Positions 42,142-50,152 of a stretch of 64,000 nucleotides of DNA are shown one piece after another (within the stretch, counting starts at the first letter, position 1; the number at the start of each line of letters is the position of its first letter). The stretch lies in assembly GCA_963737635.1 (NCBI GenBank), contig CAVTTL010000001.1:160001-224000 (forward strand), in the 5' to 3' direction. This DNA is from an uncultured Methanoregulaceae archaeon. GTDB taxonomy: Archaea; Halobacteriota; Methanomicrobia; Methanomicrobiales; Methanospirillaceae. The position numbers and the translations under genes are program-made. The notes beneath the pieces were generated by a model, which was not told where the DNA came from, searched no databases, and worked only from the letters and a program-made list of their open reading frames with translations.

Positions 42142-43156
42142 ACTTCTCCACCATTGCTGTTGTCAGGTCCATGGCACTATACCCAAGTCCGGCCAGATCG
42201 AGAAGTGTTTGCGCGGGAGACGCAATCGTAATGGATTCTTTTTCCTGAACATCCGCGAAAACATCCCGGTCCGGGGAATAAATGATGGCACGGATCGTAT
42301 TCTCTGTTTTCGATTCAAAATGTTCCTTAAATGCAGCTATTGATTCCTTTTTGAGATAGAGATAAACTGCATCATGCCGGAATGCGTATGAGGTATACAA
42401 TCCCCCCGACGTGTAGGTAGTAAATGCACACGGTATGTTCTGTTCTTTGAGAGCCCGGCTGATTTCCTGGGCTGCGGTATGCGCTCCGGAGAAATCGACA
42501 AATATTTTTTCATCGATTTCAAAATTCTTCATGGGGCGCTCCCATGCGACCGCATTCAGGAGCTTCTTCACATCGGCAATCGTTACGTACCCGCTGTCTT
42601 TTTTGACCACATTCTGGTCGAGGAGCATCCCGATTACCTTATGGGCCAAACCATACGAGACGTTTTCTTTGATGGCTGCCTGCCGGATTGAGGTACTTTT
42701 CTCTTTGAGAAGACGGGAGATCACCCTCCATGATTTTTCCGACGTAATTCTCATCCCGGATGGTGGGTGTTCCTTGTTTGGGGCAGTTTCAAGTGTCCAA
42801 GGCAATTTTATGAGCCGGATTCCTAACTCTCCTGCAAGCTGTTCTTCGCGCTGATGTATCCCTTTGGCAGCAATTACCAGATGGATATCGAAAGAGTCGG
42901 TCTCCCTCCGCCGCCACAATTCCCTGAGCAATGCCATTCTTGCGATGGTATCGATGGTAACCGCAGAACTTTTTACCTCAACGAAGTACAAGGTTCTGTC
43001 GTCTTTGAAAATACAGTCAGGTCGTATCGGTAGGTCCAATGAGAGGGTGGTATACATCGTACCTATATCGATCTCTTCAGCCGAAGAGGGCAGATTAAGT
43101 TGACCCCGAATGAAAGCCGCGACTTCCGGAAGTTGGGATGCATCCATGATTATCAC
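42128..43156 (-). CDS. AbiEi-like antitoxin (PD-(D/E)XK-like N-domain, wHTH, AbiEi C-domain)
   Basis: RPD...VEVKS, SIRQAA...VSYGLAHKV, ASPAQTLLDL; overlaps the toxin. Confidence 0.8.
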   Translation of the reverse strand: MIIMDASQLPEVAAFIRGQLNLPSSAEEIDIGTMYTTLSLDLPIRPDCIFKDDRTLYFVEVKSSAVTIDTIARMALLRELWRRRETDSFDIHLVIAAKGIHQREEQLAGELGIRLIKLPWTLETAPNKEHPPSGMRITSEKSWRVISRLLKEKSTSIRQAAIKENVSYGLAHKVIGMLLDQNVVKKDSGYVTIADVKKLLNAVAWERPMKNFEIDEKIFVDFSGAHTAAQEISRALKEQNIPCAFTTYTSGGLYTSYAFRHDAVYLYLKKESIAAFKEHFESKTENTIRAIIYSPDRDVFADVQEKESITIASPAQTLLDLAGLGYSAMDLTTAMVEKYAGL

Positions 43157-43280
43157 TTATTAGTGATACTTTATTAATGTATCACTGATAAGTATCTCTG
43201 TTTAGTGATATATATATTAAGATATCACTGATAAGTACTTCTATTTAGTGATAGGTATATGAAGGTATCACTGATAAAAA
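43151..43280. promoter_or_regulatory. Three tandem palindromic operators upstream of the AbiEi-like gene
   Basis: AGTGATA-N11/12-TATCACT at 43162, 43204 and 43247 (42-43-bp period). Confidence 0.8.
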
Positions 43281-43333
43281 TGATAATCCAATGAGCTTTT
43301 CCATGACTTCTGTGGGAAAAGTACGGTCTCTCA

Positions 43334-43360
43334 AATTCGTCAGACACTATCTGACTAATT
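43334..43360. repeat. 27-bp palindrome module, copy C
   Basis: AATTCGTCAG-ACACTAT-CTGACTAATT. Confidence 0.75.
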
Positions 43361-43482
43361 CGTGATGGTATGAGCGTTTTTTGTCCTGATGTGGTCTATA
43401 CCTCGTTTTCTCCTACCTCATTGTTGGTTGTCGTATGGGTTGTCGTACCGTTGTAGCAATGAGCGATTCGTCCTTTTTTGGT

Positions 43483-43536
43483 TTGCCGAAGCCATCGAAC
43501 TGCATCTCAGCGCACTTGCCCGGGATGGCATCCCCC
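43483..43536 (+). repeat. Duplicated hicB 3' segment
   Basis: 54 bp with 3 mismatches to 41256-41309. Confidence 0.9.
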
Positions 43537-43633
43537 CTCGGTTCTGATACGTTGGCGGTTGACGGGGGATTTTTTCCGGGATGAAAACGTGGAGCCGTTA
43601 ACGTATCAGGACCGGTAAAAGCATAATTAAAAT

Positions 43634-43750
43634 CCCCTCGGCGATTTCGATGAAGTGATCGCTGCACTTGTGCTCTGTAATGACAACCAGATCATAACGC
43701 GGGATCGTCATTTTGAAAAAATCCCCCACCTTTCCGTAATACCATACTGA
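43634..43750 (+). pseudogene. VapC/PIN toxin C-terminal relic
   Basis: PLGDFDEVIAALVLCNDNQIITRDRHFEKIPHLSVIPY*. Confidence 0.75.
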
Positions 43751-43875
43751 TAGTGTCTCCCCTTGGCACCACGTGGGAGAAACCGGTCTTCCTCAGGTTT
43801 TTCCTTTTTTTAGTCAACATCAACCGGTTATGACGATATCGTTTTTCGTTATCCAGGCAACGCGAACGATACGGG

Positions 43876-44238
43876 TTACTTTCCCTGGATCTTCGCGAGC
43901 GCCTCTGCCGCTTTTGCGCGGGTTGTTTCGTCGGCATCCTTCAGTGCCTCGGTGAGCGCCCCGACCGCTTTTACCGATTTTATCTCGCCCAGTGCCCATG
44001 CAGCCCCGTGCCGGACGTACACATGGCTGTCTTTGAGGGCCTGGATGAGCGGTTCGACTGCTTTTTCTGCTTTGAGCTGTCCCAGGGCGCCGGCAGCGGA
44101 TGAACGGACTATTTCATCTTTGCCCTTTTTGAGGTCCTGTAGTAACTGCTCGACCTTTTTTTCCACCGGTCCGGGAGCGGCCGCGCCAGGATTGCCGGCA
44201 CTTGTCTTTGCCTTCTTTTTGTTGTTGAATACCTGCAT
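43876..44238 (-). CDS. HEAT/PBS-lyase repeat protein
   Basis: VR..AA.ALG...AV..L..ALKD repeats. Confidence 0.88.
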   Translation of the reverse strand: MQVFNNKKKAKTSAGNPGAAAPGPVEKKVEQLLQDLKKGKDEIVRSSAAGALGQLKAEKAVEPLIQALKDSHVYVRHGAAWALGEIKSVKAVGALTEALKDADETTRAKAAEALAKIQGK

Positions 44239-44563
44239 GCTGTTTCAACTCCTGTACTCATATCATCCGCGTGGACACCGGGATGGTACGTGTTTTTTTC
44301 GTACTCATGAGACCATTAAAAGATCTCTCCTGAAAATCAGGTGGTGAAACACCGTTTGCAATGTTCTCCCGTGTGTTGTTTCCTAACGTTTAAATAACAA
44401 AATGTAAAATGTGCTATACATTGTCTTTCGCGGATGCTGCTTTTCGGTATCAGCGAAGAACGAGGGAAACGAGCGGGGAGTATATACCGGATCTTCTTTT
44501 TCGCGGAGATCGCCCTAAAGAAAAACCGCCCCGTGGTTACCGATACTGGAGCTGAATTCTGAA

Positions 44564-45109
44564 ATGGGAAAAATCATTCTGGTTGTTTCTGCGTCTGCGA
44601 AAGGATCTACGCCCGAGATAGCACAGGCACTGGGAAACGAGCTGCAGGAAGCAGGATATTCCGTCGAAGTGGCCGATACAAACGATATCGTTTCACTCAA
44701 AGGCTGTACAGCGGTTGTTTTTGGCATCCCACTCTCGACCGTATGTTCAGGAAAGGACGACCTGTGCAGTTTCAAGCACCAGTTCAGCAAAGAGCTCGCT
44801 CAGATACCGGTCGCTGCATTCAGTGCGGGACTCTTCTATGAAGGGTTAAAGCAGGAACGAATTGACGCTCTTATGACGACCCTCAAGGAAATACTCTCCC
44901 CGCTCCAGCCGCTGGCGACCGGTGTATTTGTCGGTACGCTGGGACAGGAAAAAGCAAAGCCGGAAAACGGCGGGTACACCACCCTGCAATCGCCTGGACC
45001 GTTCCCGGACCCGGGTAAAATCCGGGACTGGGCACAGGCATTGCCTTCGCTTCTGGACCTGCGTCCGTCCGGCACGCGCATTGCCGGTACTCCCCGGGGT
45101 GGTGTATGA
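44564..45109 (+). CDS. Flavodoxin-domain protein (HemG-like)
   Basis: ASAKGST.EIA, IRDWA. Confidence 0.75.
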   Translation: MGKIILVVSASAKGSTPEIAQALGNELQEAGYSVEVADTNDIVSLKGCTAVVFGIPLSTVCSGKDDLCSFKHQFSKELAQIPVAAFSAGLFYEGLKQERIDALMTTLKEILSPLQPLATGVFVGTLGQEKAKPENGGYTTLQSPGPFPDPGKIRDWAQALPSLLDLRPSGTRIAGTPRGGV

Positions 45110-45591
45110 CCGCACCACCGGATCCGCAACCTGCGGAACCACACAAAAAGGATTACCTGCATCACCTGAATGCCCTTGCGCTGGTGGGATGTATCCTTCT
45201 TATCGCACTGGTATTCCTTTTTATTGCACTGGTTTCAAGCGGACAGAACACAGGAAGTGCCGCTGGCGGCGTTTCTCCGGGAAACGGCCCGGTAGCATCA
45301 GAGATGCCGGTCGCAGAAATTACCACAAAAATGGTCACCTGCCAGGTCACGGGCGTGTTAAGTCTCACCGGGATGGTCAAGAGCAATGTCAATCGCCAGC
45401 TCTTCGTGCAGATTGAGGGTAACGCGTACGATGCTGAGGGTGACCAGCTGGGTACCGGCTCTGATACTGTCGCTCTCGATCCTGAAGGCACGAGCTCCTA
45501 CCACATTCGTATCATTGACGGCTGCCAGCTGGGAGAGACCGGGACGTATGATGTGCGGATTACCAATATCAACTGGCGCCATACCGATTGA
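45106..45591 (+). CDS. FxLYD-domain membrane protein
   Basis: TM, then GMVKSN...AYDAEGDQLG...LDP.GT. Confidence 0.7.
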   Translation: MTAPPDPQPAEPHKKDYLHHLNALALVGCILLIALVFLFIALVSSGQNTGSAAGGVSPGNGPVASEMPVAEITTKMVTCQVTGVLSLTGMVKSNVNRQLFVQIEGNAYDAEGDQLGTGSDTVALDPEGTSSYHIRIIDGCQLGETGTYDVRITNINWRHTD

Positions 45592-45627
45592 AAAAAGCCG
45601 GTACAGGAATTGCGGCAGATCATACCT

Positions 45628-45942
45628 TTAATTATTCATCGTGATCCGGTGAGATGACGCCACGGTATAGATCTTCAGTTCTGTGGGGGCCGCGTGCCAG
45701 GGTGCGGTCTTTGCAAAAAATTCCCGCATGTGGGGCTGTTCCCGGTGGGCGTCGAGATGACGCTGGCTTTCCCATTCTTCAAGAAAATGCACTTCTGCGG
45801 GAGAAATCACGCTGGCAACCAGTTCGTACCTGGTGCACCCGGCCTCGCTCCTGACCAGCGGCAGGATCTTTTCTGCTTCCCGGATAAACTCCCGGTGCAG
45901 TTCCGGCACCAGGATAATCTTTGCATCAACCAGTATCAACAA
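45628..45942 (-). CDS. ABM / quinol monooxygenase family protein
   Basis: RSEAGC..YEL, EEWES..LDAH...PHM. Confidence 0.85.
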   Translation of the reverse strand: MLILVDAKIILVPELHREFIREAEKILPLVRSEAGCTRYELVASVISPAEVHFLEEWESQRHLDAHREQPHMREFFAKTAPWHAAPTELKIYTVASSHRITMNN

Positions 45943-46053
45943 TCATCAACTCCTGCCGATGTACAAAACGAGTGATTCCAACGATATTAAAACACTGTAT
46001 GAAAGGAAAAGAGTTCACCAACCCTAAAGGAAGGAACGGTTTAACGCGGGTGA

Positions 46054-46188
46054 TTAGTTCTTTTCTTTAGACTCCAGATAAAAATCGATCAACCGGTTGA
46101 TGATGGTGTCATAACTTTCTGACTTCTTCCCTAAATCCGCTAATTTGTCCCTCGTCGCTGTCTGGATCTTGACGGTCGTCAGTGGCAT
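46054..46188 (-). CDS. 44-aa RHH-like antitoxin/regulator (not in ORF track)
   Basis: MPLTTVKIQTATRDKLADLGKKSESYDTIINRLIDFY; same pattern as 1269-1550. Confidence 0.7.
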   Translation of the reverse strand: MPLTTVKIQTATRDKLADLGKKSESYDTIINRLIDFYLESKEKN

Positions 46189-46293
46189 AGCATGTTAATC
46201 TGTGAAGGTAGTCATAAGTATGTAATCCGTGTATAGGTGGATAATACGCGTATATGGGGATAAATTTATGCATTACGGATACCTCTTATCTTC

Positions 46294-46702
46294 ATGCAAC
46301 ATTCTCACGTGATAGGCGTTGTTTGTATGATGGTGTGCATGGTGAGTGCCCTCTTTGCGGGGTGTACGAGTTCAGCACCTTCTGACAGCGGTTCAACGCA
46401 AACAGTATCGCCAGCGTCGTCCACGTCGGCCACACAGGACGATCTCACGCTGGTTGAATCGCATCTGGCAGCAGGAGATGATGGAGAAACCTATGTTGCC
46501 GGGACCATCAGGAGCAATGTGGATAGGCAGTTGAGCTATGTCGAGGTTACGATCGCTGAGTACCGATTCCTCAGGAGCGCAGGTAGGATCGACCATGGAT
46601 AATATGAATGACCTTGAACCGTACGGCACATGGAAGTTCAAGGCGCCGGTGCTGGACAATGACGCCACCCGGTTTAAAGTGACGCAGATTACCGGTCGGT
46701 AA
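46294..46702 (+). CDS. FxLYD-domain lipoprotein (frameshift near 46565)
   Basis: Lipobox FAGC; corrected frame reads EYDSSGAQVG...NDLEPYGTWKFKA. Confidence 0.75.
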
Positions 46703-46771
46703 GATCCTTCTTTTTTCTACTCTTTTGGGATTGGTTCTGGTACGTCGGCGAATTGATGGCTGGCAGGAAAA

Positions 46772-47242
46772 TTAATTAAAATATCCTAATTTTTCGAGTA
46801 TCTTCTTGACAATGATCATTCCGTTGCCGTGGTGTTCCTGAGCATCGAGGAAAACCGCTCCGATGAGGGCTTCGAATACGGTGTCGAGTGCCTGGTCTCC
46901 TTTGATCCATTCTTCGTTCTTTTTTTCTCCTTCGCCCCAGAGAACGTATTTTTCTAGATGATGCTTTTCCGCAAACCCCCGGGTTCTTTCACGTTTCACT
47001 TCATTGGATTTTTCTATCGTAAGTTTTCCCGGATCACGTGTTCCTTCCTTATACAAATGGCACACGGTCACGGCATCGAGAATCGCATCGCCGACCGTAG
47101 CAAGCGGATCCATGCATTCCTTAATTTCATGATGCTCATTGATATATGCACGGCGGGTCAGTGCTGCGTCAAGCATTTTCCGATCCTGGAATCGGTATCC
47201 AATCAATTTCTCTAATTCTTTCGGTGACAGGGTTTCGGTCAT
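46772..47242 (-). CDS. Stand-alone RNase III nuclease domain (no dsRBD)
   Basis: IGYRF.D..L..ALT, LATVGDAILD, DTVFEALIGAVFLD. Confidence 0.85.
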   Translation of the reverse strand: MTETLSPKELEKLIGYRFQDRKMLDAALTRRAYINEHHEIKECMDPLATVGDAILDAVTVCHLYKEGTRDPGKLTIEKSNEVKRERTRGFAEKHHLEKYVLWGEGEKKNEEWIKGDQALDTVFEALIGAVFLDAQEHHGNGMIIVKKILEKLGYFN

Positions 47243-47380
47243 GGGTATCAGTCCCTTATTTGTTGACTGTAGCTGCCCGGAATTATATACTTTATTTAAT
47301 ATTCTCTGTGATTCCTAGAATTGTCAGGTAATCCCGTGAGGCCAGGTAAATGCGGCACTCTGGCATTGCAGGGCACGAGA

Positions 47381-47455
47381 TCGACAAACGCCTTCCGGGG
47401 CCGGCCGATGTCCCAGGACAGTATGCCCTGTTTATGTATTACCCAAAAAATCCAT
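47381..47455 (-). pseudogene. Relic of the 5' end of the 30920-31498 methyltransferase
   Basis: ggggccggccgatgtcccagg and aaaaaatccata match 31425-31500. Confidence 0.75.
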
Positions 47456-47653
47456 ATCTCAAGATATTCGTATAGAAAATGTCGTTAATCTCTCCACATT
47501 GTTTGCGGGAGCTAATCAATAGATTTAAACTTTTTTAAATGTGAGTCAATTCCGAAATTTTACGACAAAAATAATATAGAAAGACATATAGTTTGTAGAA
47601 TTAATCCATACCTGTGGCGAAGAATAACCGAGTAAAGACAGCTCGAAAACGGT

Positions 47654-50143
47654 ATGGATAACAATAAACAAACCGTCTCGAAATGGGAAAACCTTTTTCA
47701 TGAGACAATTGAAAGCAGAATATTATGGAGTCTTAATAACGGTTATTTAAACTTCAATGGAAACAAAATTTCTCTCCATTCGATAAATCGCCAATCCCTC
47801 CTTTTTTTTAAAGCTGCGATGGTTAAAGAAACACCTGCACTTTTAGTATATCCTTCCTTGAAATTAACGGTCACACCACTTTTAGCACTTGAATCCCTGT
47901 ATTTTCGCATTTACGAAAAAAAACTACCCTCTGGTCGTAATCAATTGGTTGTATTCAGCAGCAGGGTCGAACTAAGAAAGGAGATCAAAGATAACTTTCT
48001 CGCTTTAAAAGTGAACACGATGCCTCTTGCCATAAATGTTTTCCCGGTTGGTAGAATCACATCTAGCGGAGATATCATTAAAATATCAAAAACAGATCTT
48101 GAACCAAAACTGCTTATCTCTACGGGGCCAGTTGCACTGCCCAATCCAGAAATCTCAAAGAAGATCTTTGGTGCAATACTTGAAGCAACTTCAGATTTGA
48201 TGGAAAATCAAGCAAAAGAAATCTTTGACTGGGGAACCAAAAACTCGGTTCCGTTCATTTTCGTTATCTCATCGGACCCTCCCACCAATCTCGCAAAATT
48301 GATGATTGAAAAAAAATATCCTTATTGGGGGTGGGATTCGGCAACATTAAATTCAGATTGTAAAATTGATGAAACAGATCTTGAAACTGGAAAATTTAAT
48401 TTCGGACAACCGTTTTGTAGAGATTATCTTGAGATTCGAACAAAAGCCAGTGGTGTAAAAAAGGTCATTGCTCCGGTTAAAGAAAAGACGTTAAATTTAA
48501 TGCTAATTGAAATTCGAAAAGACTATTATGAGTTATCTATTTCTGCAAAATCACTTAATTTATCGGCAGCTAGCGATATAGCGAGACGTTTTCTTGGATG
48601 CATTTATGGTCTCGAAGAGATGACATCCCCAATTGACTACGCAGAATTTGAATTATCTAAACGATGGGGTACAATCCCATTGAAGGAGAGGATCATTGCT
48701 TTGAGAAATCAATGCTCTGCAATAAATGCAGAAAACCCACTCTTCGCTTCTTTTGCAACTCGTTCGTCTGATAAGCTTATTGATATCTATAAATATTTGG
48801 CTGAAAAAAAGACCGGCAAGCATTTGATAATACTTCAGATTATTAAGGAAGCGCTAATTAATAAAAAAACCGTCCTTTTCATTACAAAAAATGAGGCTCT
48901 CAATGAAGCGCTGAAAAAGTATCTGAAAAATGAGAGAGATTTGGATATTTCTCATCTAAAAAAACTGCATATCGTTTTTCTTGCGGCCAGCAGAATTTAT
49001 AAAAGCACCGAAGAACAGCAATTATTTGACACATGTATTTTATACGGTTGCCCCCGCTACTATCAAAAAGACATTTTCTCATATGCACGAGCTCGCCGCG
49101 TAGGAATTATTGCATATGAATCAGAAATACCTGCGATAAAATACATTCAAAATGAAATAGATCAAGTTCAAAATTACTTCTCGGACGCTTCGAAAACAAG
49201 TATTGTAAAGAGACTAACCGGCAGTGTGCCAAAAGAAACAGCTTTAGCGGTTAAACCAGCTCAAGAATTAATTAAAACCGAATTAATATTTATTAGTCCC
49301 CAAGATGCTGAAATGGGGGATATTTCGCCTGAGTCGATACTAACGAATTTTTTATCGTTAGATTGGGCGGTTGATTTTGAATGCCTAACTGAAGCTGAAG
49401 CCAAATCGGTAGATGAGAGGCTAAAAAAAGACTTTTCGAATCCAACGAAAGCTGTAATGATTAAGTTGCAACGCGGGAGACATATTTTTCTCCACGAAGA
49501 GAAACCAATTCAAATATACGACGATTCAACGGAGAAGGTTAAAGACCGTTTGGCGAAGAATCTAAAAAAAGGAGAATTTCTTATTCTTGTTGAGGATTCA
49601 ACTCGCAAATCTCTTGCTCAATCCGTCATAAGCAAAGTTAAATCACACCCCTCTATGATGAAAGTAGTGGTGTATCAGAAAGCTTGGTCATTTTATCTCA
49701 AACAGGCCCTTGAAGAGAGTCAGGACAGTTTTCTCGATGTAATTGAAAAACTTCACAATCGAGGAGCTGGTGAGCCAAATACGGCAATGTCAATATACCA
49801 ATGGATGAGCGGCGTAATTCTCGGACCCGGTGATTTAGAGAACATTAGGCGCATCGGCGAAATATATGATAAACCGTTTTTAGTGAATAATTACAAAGAA
49901 ATCATTGGAGCAATTTTACGGCTTCGGACGATTCACCGAAGTCTTGCAAAGCGTTTAAACAGATTAATACCTTTTGCAGGTATTGAAGCGGACAGAGGGA
50001 GGATTGAAAATGCAGTGATAGATGAGGAACTAGATCTTTATTTAGAAGATTTTGTAAACGTTGTCTCAGTTGAGCGTATCGAATCTGCAGAAATTGTTGA
50101 AATGTCTTCAGATAAAGTTCTTGACAGAGTAGTTTCAAATTAG
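47654..50143 (+). CDS. drmE: DISARM class 2 DrmE-like protein
   Basis: 829 aa, first gene before drmAB, degenerate helicase-like segments. Assigned mainly by context. Confidence 0.65.
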   Translation: MDNNKQTVSKWENLFHETIESRILWSLNNGYLNFNGNKISLHSINRQSLLFFKAAMVKETPALLVYPSLKLTVTPLLALESLYFRIYEKKLPSGRNQLVVFSSRVELRKEIKDNFLALKVNTMPLAINVFPVGRITSSGDIIKISKTDLEPKLLISTGPVALPNPEISKKIFGAILEATSDLMENQAKEIFDWGTKNSVPFIFVISSDPPTNLAKLMIEKKYPYWGWDSATLNSDCKIDETDLETGKFNFGQPFCRDYLEIRTKASGVKKVIAPVKEKTLNLMLIEIRKDYYELSISAKSLNLSAASDIARRFLGCIYGLEEMTSPIDYAEFELSKRWGTIPLKERIIALRNQCSAINAENPLFASFATRSSDKLIDIYKYLAEKKTGKHLIILQIIKEALINKKTVLFITKNEALNEALKKYLKNERDLDISHLKKLHIVFLAASRIYKSTEEQQLFDTCILYGCPRYYQKDIFSYARARRVGIIAYESEIPAIKYIQNEIDQVQNYFSDASKTSIVKRLTGSVPKETALAVKPAQELIKTELIFISPQDAEMGDISPESILTNFLSLDWAVDFECLTEAEAKSVDERLKKDFSNPTKAVMIKLQRGRHIFLHEEKPIQIYDDSTEKVKDRLAKNLKKGEFLILVEDSTRKSLAQSVISKVKSHPSMMKVVVYQKAWSFYLKQALEESQDSFLDVIEKLHNRGAGEPNTAMSIYQWMSGVILGPGDLENIRRIGEIYDKPFLVNNYKEIIGAILRLRTIHRSLAKRLNRLIPFAGIEADRGRIENAVIDEELDLYLEDFVNVVSVERIESAEIVEMSSDKVLDRVVSN

Positions 50144-50152
50144 GGTGATTTT

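Noticed and set aside
43151-43280. CRISPR mini-array
   Set aside because: The variable parts are only 6-12 bp, no cas genes are present, and the position fits promoter operators.
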